A stretch of 64,000 nucleotides of DNA, from contig JBHYGA010000001.1 of assembly GCA_051859245.1 (NCBI GenBank), positions 1 through 64,000 on the forward strand, read 5' to 3'. Position 1 is the first letter of the stretch, and each line of letters starts with the position of its first letter. The notes beneath the pieces were generated by a model that searched no databases, was not told the origin of the DNA, and saw only the letters and a list, made by a program, of their open reading frames with translations. Source of the DNA: Gemmatimonadaceae bacterium. Lineage in GTDB: Bacteria; Gemmatimonadota; Gemmatimonadetes; Gemmatimonadales; Gemmatimonadaceae. The position numbers and the translations under genes were made by a program. Positions 37,361-46,704 of this stretch are shown here, piece by piece.

Positions 37361-37693
37361 ATGGGTTCGGACCGCGCGGATCTGCTGCAAGGCAGCCTCG
37401 ATCTGCTCATTCTCAAGAGCGTGATGCTGCAGCCGCTGCACGGGTGGGCAATCGCAAAGCGCATTCGCGAGCTGTCGGCAGATGTCCTGGAAGTGAATCA
37501 GGGATCACTGTATCCCGCACTTTATCGGCTTGAGGAACGCGGCTGGCTCTCTGCTGAGTGGGGCACGTCGCCGGAAGGCCGTCGCGTGAAGGTCTACACG
37601 CTCACGGCCACAGGGAAAAAGCAGCTGGTGGTTGAACGCGAGCAGTGGACGTTGTTCACCGCCGCTGTCGACCGCGTGTTGCGCTCCACTTGA
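37361..37693 (+). CDS. PadR family transcriptional regulator
   Basis: LLQGSLDLLILK, LHGWAI, QGSLYPALYRLE, YTLTATGKKQL. Confidence 0.95.
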   Translation: MGSDRADLLQGSLDLLILKSVMLQPLHGWAIAKRIRELSADVLEVNQGSLYPALYRLEERGWLSAEWGTSPEGRRVKVYTLTATGKKQLVVEREQWTLFTAAVDRVLRST

Positions 37694-37708
37694 GTCGATT
37701 CACTGGCC

Positions 37709-40381
37709 ATGCGAAGCTCGGCCCTGCGCTGGTGGCGTGGTGCATCGGCACTCGTGCGTCGACAGTCGGTCTCGCAGGAGATCGATGCAGAGATCGCAGC
37801 GCATATTGCCTACGCGACCGATGACCTGATCGCGCAGGGCCTTTCGCCAGCTGAAGCGCGCCGGCGCGCGTTGCTCGAGTTCGGCGGTGTGCAGCAAACG
37901 CGCGAGTGGGTGTTGCGTGAGCGTGCGCTTCACTGGTGGTATGATGCGCTTCGCGACGTGCGACTCGCACTGCGCCGGTTGCGTAAAGAACCCGCAAGTA
38001 ACGCGGCGATCGTACTGGTGATTGCCATCGGCATTGCGTGTGTGACGTGTGTGTTCAGCCTGATGAATGCGGCGTGGATCAGGCCTCTTGCCTACAGCGA
38101 GCCCTCCCAGCTGGTGAAACTGTATGGCGTTGCGCCTACGCGAGTGCAATACGATGAGCTGCCAGCCAGCGTGGTCGCGGAGGTGCGTCAGCGAGCAAAC
38201 GATGTTGCCACGTTCGCGACATTCGAAGAGCGACAGACTACGGTGCGGTTACGTGACACCGTCGCAGAGATTTACCGGTCACGTATTGATGAGTTAACGA
38301 TGAGTGTACTGCGTGTGGCGCCAGTACGGGGTCGCGCGCCGACTGAAGCCGAGTTTCGTGCGCAAGCAGCCGTTGCGCTGATCAGCGACTCGATCTGGCG
38401 TACCGACTTCGCCTCGCGAGACGACCTGAATGACGCACAAATAGAACTGGGCGGTGTTGCACATCACGTAATCGGCGTCATGCCCAGGCGTTTCTACTTC
38501 CACACACGGGCTGTTGTCTGGACGCCGCTCGCCGCTGTTGATCACGAAGATGTTTTCGTGCAAGTGGTCGCCCGGCTGAAACCAGGAATGACGCGCGACT
38601 CACTGGCGGAGCGACTTCAGCAAGCCGGTCCTCTCTCGGCTGGTGAACAGAGCGCAGACTCCGCACGCTGGCGTGTGATGCCATCCGATATGTACGACCG
38701 CGGGCAACGCCCTGCGGGCTATTCGATCGCGGCGGTGGCTGTGCTGGTGACGGCGATTGTTCTCGTGGTGGCCTGCGCGAATGTGATGAACATTCTGCTG
38801 GCTCGCGGCGAAAGTCGCCGACGGGAAATGGCAGTCGAGGCCGCGCTGGGCGCAAGCTCGTTTCGACTGATGCGACAGCTGCTGGTGGAGTGTTTGGTAC
38901 TCGCATGCGCGGCGGGCATACTTGGTTTGGTGCTATCGCAAGTGGGCCTCGAACTGATGCTGCGCGCGATCCCCCGGCGCGGGTTTCCGGGCTGGATCGA
39001 CTTCGGTCTGGACTGGCGCGTCACGAGCTTCGCATTGGCAACCGCGCTACTCACCATGTTCGTGTTCGGTTTGCTTCCGGCGCGCGAAGCGTCTCGTGTT
39101 GATCCGATGCGCGCGATTCAGGATGGCGACAGCCTCGGCGTCACCTCTCGGAACAACCGCCGTTGGAGCGCACGCCTGATCAGTGTGCAACTGGCGTTGT
39201 CACTAGTTCTTGTGATCACGAGTGGACTGCTGGTGGCCAGCTACCGTTCCATGCTTTCTGTTGAACCAGCATACCCGGGTGAACGGTTGATGGAGTTCAT
39301 CCCCATGCTGGACGAGCAGCGAATGGATGATTTCTCACACCAGCACGCACATGGCACGGCGTTGGCGGCGGCATTGCGTAGAGATCCAATGTTCGCGGCC
39401 GTGAGCACGCATAGTGATGTGCGATGGCTCCACCTCGAATCGGATACCACTCGCTACGTCGTCGACTACAGCACACGGTTGCTTGCGCCGCACGACACTT
39501 CGAAGCTGCTCTGGAGAGCATCCGGCATGTGGCCACAACTGCTCGCGACGGATGCCACGTACTTCGCGCTGCGGCGCCGTCGTCTCGTTCAGGGACGCAA
39601 CTTTGCTGACAGCGACACTGTAGGCACGCACGTGTCCATGATTGTGAGTGAGAACATCGCGAAAGCAGTGTGGGGCGACAGTAGCGCCATTGGTCGACAA
39701 GTGCGTTTGGGTACATCGGGACCTATTGCACAGATCATCGGCGTGGTCGAGGATGTACCGCGACTCCGCTTTGCGGGTGGACGTGTGTCGCGCGTTGCCG
39801 ACCCGCAGTTCTTCTTCACATACGGACAGGCCGAGCCGTCGAACACCTATCTCACCGTGGAGTCGCGAAGCGCGGTGAGCACAGCGGAAAGATCAGCGGT
39901 GCGTGACCATTCCGCAGCGCTCGATCCTGCGATTCGGCTTTCCGAGCTGCGCACAACGGAGGAGCAGGCAACGATCGGTTTGTTGCCGCTTCGCCTGTTC
40001 GCGAGCGTACTCACGGTCGTTGCCGGCTTTACGCTTGGCATTGCCGCCGTTGGTCTTTTTGGATTGGTGCACTTCGCCACGCTGCAACGTCGTCGAGAGA
40101 TTGGCATTCGACTCGCGCTCGGCGCCGCGCCGCACACGCTGGAACGTTGGCTCCTTTTCGACGCCTTGCGCACGACGCGTACCGGATTGCTCGCTGGCGC
40201 GCTGGCCACAGTAGGGCTCCTCGGGCTGATGCAGTCACGTGTGCCGATCAGCGCGAGCGTACTGATGAGTGCCAGCGCGCTCACCGGCGCGGTGCTGGTG
40301 GCGGTGGTGGTGATCGCGTGCTGGTTGCCGGTGCGCAAGGCTGCACAGATGGATCCCAATGATGTACTCCGTGGCGTGTAA
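37709..40381 (+). CDS. ADOP-type duplicated orphan ABC permease (MacB/FtsX-like)
   Basis: EIAAH...EARRRALLEFGG; VACANVMN; RRREMAV..ALGAS; RRREIGIRLALGA; DP..VLR. Confidence 0.9.
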   Translation: MRSSALRWWRGASALVRRQSVSQEIDAEIAAHIAYATDDLIAQGLSPAEARRRALLEFGGVQQTREWVLRERALHWWYDALRDVRLALRRLRKEPASNAAIVLVIAIGIACVTCVFSLMNAAWIRPLAYSEPSQLVKLYGVAPTRVQYDELPASVVAEVRQRANDVATFATFEERQTTVRLRDTVAEIYRSRIDELTMSVLRVAPVRGRAPTEAEFRAQAAVALISDSIWRTDFASRDDLNDAQIELGGVAHHVIGVMPRRFYFHTRAVVWTPLAAVDHEDVFVQVVARLKPGMTRDSLAERLQQAGPLSAGEQSADSARWRVMPSDMYDRGQRPAGYSIAAVAVLVTAIVLVVACANVMNILLARGESRRREMAVEAALGASSFRLMRQLLVECLVLACAAGILGLVLSQVGLELMLRAIPRRGFPGWIDFGLDWRVTSFALATALLTMFVFGLLPAREASRVDPMRAIQDGDSLGVTSRNNRRWSARLISVQLALSLVLVITSGLLVASYRSMLSVEPAYPGERLMEFIPMLDEQRMDDFSHQHAHGTALAAALRRDPMFAAVSTHSDVRWLHLESDTTRYVVDYSTRLLAPHDTSKLLWRASGMWPQLLATDATYFALRRRRLVQGRNFADSDTVGTHVSMIVSENIAKAVWGDSSAIGRQVRLGTSGPIAQIIGVVEDVPRLRFAGGRVSRVADPQFFFTYGQAEPSNTYLTVESRSAVSTAERSAVRDHSAALDPAIRLSELRTTEEQATIGLLPLRLFASVLTVVAGFTLGIAAVGLFGLVHFATLQRRREIGIRLALGAAPHTLERWLLFDALRTTRTGLLAGALATVGLLGLMQSRVPISASVLMSASALTGAVLVAVVVIACWLPVRKAAQMDPNDVLRGV

Positions 40382-40429
40382 CGCGCGCCAATCGCAGGCA
40401 TCATCCGTTTCACTCCAACTCTATTCACC

Positions 40430-41650
40430 ATGAAACGCTCGCCGCTTTTCGCAACGATGGACCGGCGGTCAGTCGCGCCAACGATTTTCTCGACGACGGC
40501 ACTCGTGCTGGTGGCACTCGCGACGCTCGTGTTTCCAACGTCACGTATTTCGGCGCAGGCTCCCGTCTTCAAAGTCTCGCCCACGCCCATCACTTCAATC
40601 GACGCAACCGCGCCTGATGGCAGCGTACGCTTTGCCACGGCCACATGGGCCACGCGATTGTCCAACGGAAAAATCGCAATCACTGACCAGACAGACGGTG
40701 CGCTTCGCATTGCCGACAGCAGCGGACGCATTGAGAGGTCATGGGGACGCCTCGGTGATGCGCCAGGCGAGTTTCGCGCGATCAGCTGGGTGAGCGCGTG
40801 TGGAGGCGACACGCTGTACGTGTGGGACGCCCGCGCCACGCGACTCTCCGTAATGCACGCCACGTCCGGATATATCCGGCAGATTAGCGCGCCAACTTCC
40901 AGCGGTACGTTCACGGCGGCCTGTGATCGCAGCGGCAATTTGGCGATCTTCTCGGGCGTTGCCCCGCGTCGTGGCGGAGCATCGAACACAACCCCGCTCA
41001 AAACGTCTGATGGCCGTTCGTACGAGCTTGGTGTGGTCGGCACGAGTATTTCCGTACGCAATCGCACCGGCGCCATGCTGCAAGAGCTGAGGGAGCTTCC
41101 ATATGGCGAAATGTTGATGGGTCAGCTCGGTCCGAACGGTGGCATGGGCGCCATGCCGCGACCGCTCGGCGCACTGACGTCGTTCGCCCTGATCGATGGT
41201 CAGCTCGTTGTCGCGCGTACTGATTCGAATGTCGTGACGTGGTATCGGCGTGACGGAAGCGTGGAGCGCACATCAACGCTGCCTGCCGTGCGTGGTGCGC
41301 CCTCGATGGCGCAATACGAAGCGTCAATCAATCGGGCCGTTGAAATCGCGCCAGCGCGTGTGCGCCCGGATCTGGTCGCCTTCGCGAAGCAGGTGCCGAG
41401 GCCCGCGTCACATCGCGCATTCTCACAAATGCTGGCCGGCGCCGATGGCCTGATCTGGTTCGTCACCTCACTCCCGGGCGACAAGACAACGTCGATGCGT
41501 GCGCTGAACCGGGCCGGCACGGTGGCGGCGACACTCGAAATCAATGCGGCTGTTGAGGTGTTCGAGGTGGGCATGGACTACGTGCTTGGACGCACGGAAA
41601 ACCCAGATGGTGAGCAACGTGTTGTGCTCTATCGTGTTTCCCGTCGATGA
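40430..41650 (+). CDS. Exported 6-bladed beta-propeller protein
   Basis: Signal peptide; GRLGDAPGEF, GDTLYVWD, GADGLIW; same family as 34351-35433. Confidence 0.8.
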   Translation: MKRSPLFATMDRRSVAPTIFSTTALVLVALATLVFPTSRISAQAPVFKVSPTPITSIDATAPDGSVRFATATWATRLSNGKIAITDQTDGALRIADSSGRIERSWGRLGDAPGEFRAISWVSACGGDTLYVWDARATRLSVMHATSGYIRQISAPTSSGTFTAACDRSGNLAIFSGVAPRRGGASNTTPLKTSDGRSYELGVVGTSISVRNRTGAMLQELRELPYGEMLMGQLGPNGGMGAMPRPLGALTSFALIDGQLVVARTDSNVVTWYRRDGSVERTSTLPAVRGAPSMAQYEASINRAVEIAPARVRPDLVAFAKQVPRPASHRAFSQMLAGADGLIWFVTSLPGDKTTSMRALNRAGTVAATLEINAAVEVFEVGMDYVLGRTENPDGEQRVVLYRVSRR

Positions 41651-41675
41651 ATTCTCGCGGGTCCGGCACGAAAAT

Positions 41676-41707
41676 CAGAAGGCCACCCAGCATTGGGTGG
41701 CCTTCTG
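41676..41707. terminator. Hairpin terminator between convergent genes
   Basis: CAGAAGGCCACCCA-GCAT-TGGGTGGCCTTCTG. Confidence 0.8.
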
Positions 41708-41737
41708 CACAACCAGTACCGCACGAATGAGAAGCCG

Positions 41738-43531
41738 CTACCGCGACCGCTTGCTATGCGATCCGCCCTTCGGTGAATCCACCGTCACTGTAAACGGTCC
41801 GCTGCCTTCCACAATCCAGCGCACCGTCACCGGAACACCGCCGCCCGGAATGTTTGCGAGCTTGATCGTGGTGGGATCAAGCGTCTGCTCTTCGGTGACG
41901 TTTTGCAACGGATTCAATACGCGGAACGCGGTGATCACTTTGCCGCCGGAGAGCGTGACATGATCCGGACGCGAGATCTTGTTCTCGACATCCTGTTGCG
42001 TGTGCGTTGGTGCAAGCTTGCGGTTGATCACGATGGCCGTGACCTCCGTCAGCCCACCACCCATCGATCGCGTGGAAATCGAATCCACTTCCACCAAGGG
42101 CATTTCCGACGTCTGATACAGCGTGAACATCATGTTGCGATGCGCGTCGCTCTGCAGCAGGAAGCCCGGTTCCACACGTCCGAAGTTTTTCTTGAAGCCA
42201 CCCACTTCGACTTCACCATACTGCGGATGCTGCACCTTGGTCCACGGCACAAACGCCTCGCCAAGCAGAAGCAGTCGATCGAAGAGTGAACTCTGCTCCT
42301 GGCCGGATGGGCCGTCGCCGCCCGCGCTGTTGAAGTACAGGAACGGCGTGAATAGTTCGTTGGAGAACGTGAGCACACCACGCGCGCCGTAGAACCAGTC
42401 AAGCTCGCCGCCCCACACCGTGTACAAATCTTTCCAGACGATCATGTAACGATAGCCCGGGAGAATCTGTTCGCCCGTTTTGCCAAGCTGGTCGAACACG
42501 GCCACGTCCTGGGGGCGATATTCGTCCTGCGGCACGCCGGGGCCACGGAGCAACATGCCGCCCGAGTTGTGATAACTCTGCGCACCGGCAATGTTCTCGC
42601 GCTTCATCACGAAGTTCAGCACCGCGCGCGTTTCCGGCAGTGAACCCGGCCACCAGTCAGCGCCGCCCTGCACGTACTGCGGCACCCAACGCCACGGCCA
42701 ATTGCGATTCGGATCGTAGCCGCCAATGCCGTCTTCGCTCACGTTGCCGTCACCATCGGCGTCGTAGCCTTCCTGGCCAAGAATGTCCCACTCACCCTTG
42801 GTGCCAGCGGGTGCAGGAATCAACACGCGCTTGTCGAACGGCGCTTCGATAAACCGGCCGTTTGGATTGCGGCGACGCATCTGGGTGATGTGTCCATCGC
42901 CATTCAGATCATTCGGGCCGTCTTCGTCGAGCAGGCCGTCGCCATCGTTGTCGCGCGGCATGAGGCCGGTACGCGGGGAGCTCGCGGTGTTGGCCATCTT
43001 GAGGTAATGATCGCGCGCGTCGGGATTGATCGTTGGCGCGATGTACAGCGTGCGCTGCGCGAGCAACGTATCCACGGCCGCTACCTGACCGGCCATCTCG
43101 GCGAGATACCACGCGGTGTACATGGAAAACTCACTGCCCTGAATTTCATTCGAGTGAATATTGCCATCAATCCACATGGCCGGCTTCTTGTCGGCGTCGC
43201 CCACTTTGAAGTTCGTAACGGTGATCAAGGTGATATCCTTGCCGCCAAAACTTTTGCCAATGCTCGACACCTTCACGTAGTCCGGATGCGCACGCGCCAG
43301 TCGTTCCGCGAGTTCGCGGAGCTGGTCGCTGTCGTACCAACGGTCCCACAGAATGGGCACCTTCGGATTGCGCGGTGAGCCGAGTGCTTCGAGCGCGCCA
43401 GTGAGCGGAATGCGATCGCCAGGACGCTGCTGCGCCTCAAGATCCGTCGCAATGGTAGCAAGCGAAACGAGCGCAAGCGCGGCGAACAACGAACGCATTT
43501 TCAAAGTTGTCATGGGAGTCATGAGAATCAC
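41738..43531 (-). CDS. M14 zinc carboxypeptidase family protein (zinc ligands intact)
   Basis: IDGNIHSNE (HxxE), NPD, DPNRNW, SYHN; DxDGDG Ca-binding-like loops. Confidence 0.9.
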   Translation of the reverse strand: MILMTPMTTLKMRSLFAALALVSLATIATDLEAQQRPGDRIPLTGALEALGSPRNPKVPILWDRWYDSDQLRELAERLARAHPDYVKVSSIGKSFGGKDITLITVTNFKVGDADKKPAMWIDGNIHSNEIQGSEFSMYTAWYLAEMAGQVAAVDTLLAQRTLYIAPTINPDARDHYLKMANTASSPRTGLMPRDNDGDGLLDEDGPNDLNGDGHITQMRRRNPNGRFIEAPFDKRVLIPAPAGTKGEWDILGQEGYDADGDGNVSEDGIGGYDPNRNWPWRWVPQYVQGGADWWPGSLPETRAVLNFVMKRENIAGAQSYHNSGGMLLRGPGVPQDEYRPQDVAVFDQLGKTGEQILPGYRYMIVWKDLYTVWGGELDWFYGARGVLTFSNELFTPFLYFNSAGGDGPSGQEQSSLFDRLLLLGEAFVPWTKVQHPQYGEVEVGGFKKNFGRVEPGFLLQSDAHRNMMFTLYQTSEMPLVEVDSISTRSMGGGLTEVTAIVINRKLAPTHTQQDVENKISRPDHVTLSGGKVITAFRVLNPLQNVTEEQTLDPTTIKLANIPGGGVPVTVRWIVEGSGPFTVTVDSPKGGSHSKRSR

Positions 43532-45279
43532 CGGGCGCGAAGCGTAATCGTTTCGCTCGCTTCGCCAACGATTGCCGAGGCGGCTGAGAGCGTTACTGTA
43601 GAACCAGCGTTACCCACAATCACCCACGTGAGTTCGGTACTGGTGCCGCTACCGCGCATCGGATTGAGCAGTTGCATGGAACGACCTGACGCGATCTCCT
43701 GACCGGCCGATGTTTTGAGATCAACACGTACACGCTGCGGCCAGCGCGCGCGCGCACCCATCGCAGACATGGTTGGCAGGAATCCAGTGTTCGCGACATG
43801 CGCGGTGATGCGCCACGTGCGCGTACCTACGGCTTCCACTTTCGCCACACGCAGTTCAAGTCGCGGCAACATGCCTGCCAGCGCACTAACAAACCGCGCG
43901 TGCTGCGCACCAAGCGAATCCAGCATTGATGCTGGCGGGTTCAGTGCTGCGTACGGCGCAATGCCTCCAACTTCCACATTCTGTCCGGGAAAATCTGGGT
44001 GCTGAACACGCGTCCACGGTACCACGGCATCCGCGCGGTTGGCTTCCATCCAACGCAGAGTTGCGCGTTCCGCCGCCAAGGCATCAGTTGCGCCTGCGGG
44101 CGCTGCGCGGCGCGTTGTATCCGCGGGCATATCAGGCGTCCACCACGTGCGTGAACCAAACGCGAGGCGCCCCATGTGGTAGTAAATCCACGAGAGCACA
44201 TCACCCTTGCCATCAATACCGTTCGGGCCGCGTGAGAGACCCGTGGTGCGCTTGAAGACGCGGCTGCCTTCAGCAAACCACGGATCATCTTCTGGCAGCG
44301 TGGCTGTGAACGGACCCGTTGCCGACGTGCCTTGCGGCTGACCGCCAATACCAGGAACGCGACGACCAACCCACGGCGAGTTCACGTTGTCTTGCGGGCC
44401 GAGCACGTACGCCACGGCGATATTCTGATGGGTCTGAAAGAGCTCCGCGATACCCCACGCTTCCGGAGCCGACAGCGGCCAGTTACCCGACGTGGCGCCA
44501 AAGTATTCGTAGAAGTTCGGGAAGTTGGCATTGATGTCGGTGCCGCCCGGTCCGTCTTCGCTGAACGCGCCGTCCTTGTCGAGATCACGACCTTCGGCCA
44601 TCACGCGGTAGCGACCACGCTCTCCACGAGTGACATCAGCGCGGCGCATGAGCAGCGGATTCAATGAATCGGCGATCCACTGACCCGCTGGATCTTCTAC
44701 GCGCATGCTGGTGATGCGACCGTCTCCATTCACATCGCTCGGCCCATCTTCATCGATCTTGCCATCACGATCACTGTCGAACGCTTCGTCATTACCCGTG
44801 CGCTCGGAGAGTACCGGACCAAAGAACGCCTCGGCGGCATCGGGATTCGCGCGCGGCACCACATAGAACGTGTGTTGATCAAGCAGCCGCTTCATGGCCG
44901 TATCACGCGAGTATGCGCTCGTCATCTGTCGCATGATGCGCAGGGCAACTTCACTCGACACGACGTGCGGACCAAACGCGTTCGCAATCACAAGGACGGC
45001 GGGGCGTTTATCCGCAGCATCACCACCGCTGCCAATGCGCACCACGTGTACCGCGCGGCCGCCGGGCGACTTGGCGATTTCACGTACGCTCAGCAGTGAA
45101 GGATTCGCGCGACGCAGTTCCTCGATCGCGGAGGTCAGCGCGCTGTGCGACAGGTATCCGGCGGAGGGCGCGTTGGCGGCGCGTTGCGCAAACGCAGCGC
45201 TGGGCGTGGCCGAGCCGACGAACGCGGCGATGGCGATAAGTGCGCCAACCGGTGATCGACCGGTTCTGAAACGGTGCAT
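43528..45279 (-). CDS. M14 carboxypeptidase-fold protein lacking zinc ligands
   Basis: Same architecture (NPD, DSDRDG.IDEDG, DINANFP) but IANAFGPH replaces HxxE and AYVLG replaces SYH. Confidence 0.82.
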   Translation of the reverse strand: MHRFRTGRSPVGALIAIAAFVGSATPSAAFAQRAANAPSAGYLSHSALTSAIEELRRANPSLLSVREIAKSPGGRAVHVVRIGSGGDAADKRPAVLVIANAFGPHVVSSEVALRIMRQMTSAYSRDTAMKRLLDQHTFYVVPRANPDAAEAFFGPVLSERTGNDEAFDSDRDGKIDEDGPSDVNGDGRITSMRVEDPAGQWIADSLNPLLMRRADVTRGERGRYRVMAEGRDLDKDGAFSEDGPGGTDINANFPNFYEYFGATSGNWPLSAPEAWGIAELFQTHQNIAVAYVLGPQDNVNSPWVGRRVPGIGGQPQGTSATGPFTATLPEDDPWFAEGSRVFKRTTGLSRGPNGIDGKGDVLSWIYYHMGRLAFGSRTWWTPDMPADTTRRAAPAGATDALAAERATLRWMEANRADAVVPWTRVQHPDFPGQNVEVGGIAPYAALNPPASMLDSLGAQHARFVSALAGMLPRLELRVAKVEAVGTRTWRITAHVANTGFLPTMSAMGARARWPQRVRVDLKTSAGQEIASGRSMQLLNPMRGSGTSTELTWVIVGNAGSTVTLSAASAIVGEASETITLRAR

Positions 45280-45515
45280 TGTTTGTGGGGAAGGGAGGGA
45301 CGCATTCGCACCGCACATCCTGCGCGGTGTCACGACGGTGGATCAGAAGCGTTCACACGCTTCAGTTCGCTTGCTGCATCGCGATTCACGCATAATTTGC
45401 CTGCGTACGACCGCGACCACGGAAATTACGACCTCGCGTCGCGTAATGCTGGATTTCCTGTCCGAAGTGCTGATCGCTTCGAATTCCGCACTGCCCGCCT
45501 CTTCAGGAGCTGCAT

Positions 45516-46631
45516 ATGTCCTTGTCCCCCCTTGCGCCGCGCCAGCGCACCCGACGCGCCCTCTGGGCCGTGGCCTCGCTCGCCCTCGGCGCCAGCACGG
45601 TGGCGTTTACGCCGTCGATTCGTGCGGCACTCGTTCCAGGCCTCACGTACCAGTTCGACATGACCACGTCCGAGTCCGACGAAAGTTTTGCCGCCGCTGG
45701 CAAAACGCTCATGAAGTCGGTTGGTACAGTGCGCATCGCCGGTGACAAAGCGCGCATTGACTTTGCCGAAGTGAAGGGCCCGTCAACGCCCATGATGAGC
45801 AAAGACGGCTACATGCTCGTGCACGACGGTGGCAACACCATGTACATGGTCGACACCAAAGAGAAGCAGTACATGAAGATCGACGCGAAAGCACTCGGCT
45901 CGATGTTTTCGTCGCTCTCGAGTATGTCGGGTGGTCTGATGAAGATTGATGTGAAGGACGCGTCGATGTCGGTGAAGAAAGTTGGTGCGGGCGAAACGAT
46001 TGTGGGGTACGCGACTGAGCAGTGGCAGATTGCCCAGGCCTACACCATGACCGTGAAAACGTTTGGGTTCGGCAGCACGTCGCGCACGGAGAGCAATACG
46101 TCGCTCTGGATGGCGCCGCAGCTCAAGAACTCAGAGCTGATGAATCCGATGATCGACATGGGGCGCAACATGGCGTCGATGTTTGAGGGCAACAAGGAAT
46201 GGGAGCAGGTCGTGAGCGGACCTGTGAAGGAGTTGCCGCAGGTGGCGGTGCTCAAGATGCGTTCCACGTCCAAGACCACGGCGGACAAGGGCAAGCCGCA
46301 GTTCTCGATTTCTGAAATGGAAGTCACCAAGTGGAGCAAGGGGGACGTCGCCGCGGCGGATCTTGAGCTGCCCAAAGATTTCAAGCCGATTGAAATGCCG
46401 AACATGGCCGCGCTGTCTGACTCCATGAAGGCTGCGGGCATGGACACCGTCGATATGAAGGCCGCGATGAAGCAGGCGGGCTTCAAGGACGAAGACATCG
46501 CTGAGGCGCTGAAGCAGGCGGCGCTGGATGGCGCCAAGGATCAGGCGAAGCAGGAAGCGAAGGATGCGGGCAAGAACGCGGTGAAAGCCGGCGTGCGCGG
46601 GCTGTTGCGGCGCAAGCCACCCGCTATCTGA
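45516..46631 (+). CDS. Exported DUF4412-like protein
   Basis: AGGAG SD; signal peptide; GDKARID, MYMVDTKEKQY, KKVGAGETIVGYA, LELPKDFK. Confidence 0.75.
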   Translation: MSLSPLAPRQRTRRALWAVASLALGASTVAFTPSIRAALVPGLTYQFDMTTSESDESFAAAGKTLMKSVGTVRIAGDKARIDFAEVKGPSTPMMSKDGYMLVHDGGNTMYMVDTKEKQYMKIDAKALGSMFSSLSSMSGGLMKIDVKDASMSVKKVGAGETIVGYATEQWQIAQAYTMTVKTFGFGSTSRTESNTSLWMAPQLKNSELMNPMIDMGRNMASMFEGNKEWEQVVSGPVKELPQVAVLKMRSTSKTTADKGKPQFSISEMEVTKWSKGDVAAADLELPKDFKPIEMPNMAALSDSMKAAGMDTVDMKAAMKQAGFKDEDIAEALKQAALDGAKDQAKQEAKDAGKNAVKAGVRGLLRRKPPAI

Positions 46632-46648
46632 TCACACGTTCGCATACG

Positions 46649-46688
46649 CAAAAACGGCGGCGCTCACAAATGAGCGCCGCCGTTTTTG
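46649..46688. terminator. Bidirectional intrinsic terminator
   Basis: CAAAAACGGCGGCGCTCA-CAAA-TGAGCGCCGCCGTTTTTG with A/T tails on both sides. Confidence 0.92.
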
Positions 46689-46704
46689 TGTGATCAAGTG
46701 GAAA

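Noticed and set aside
39847..41076. 409-aa antisense ORF
   Set aside because: Shadow of the ADOP permease and propeller genes.
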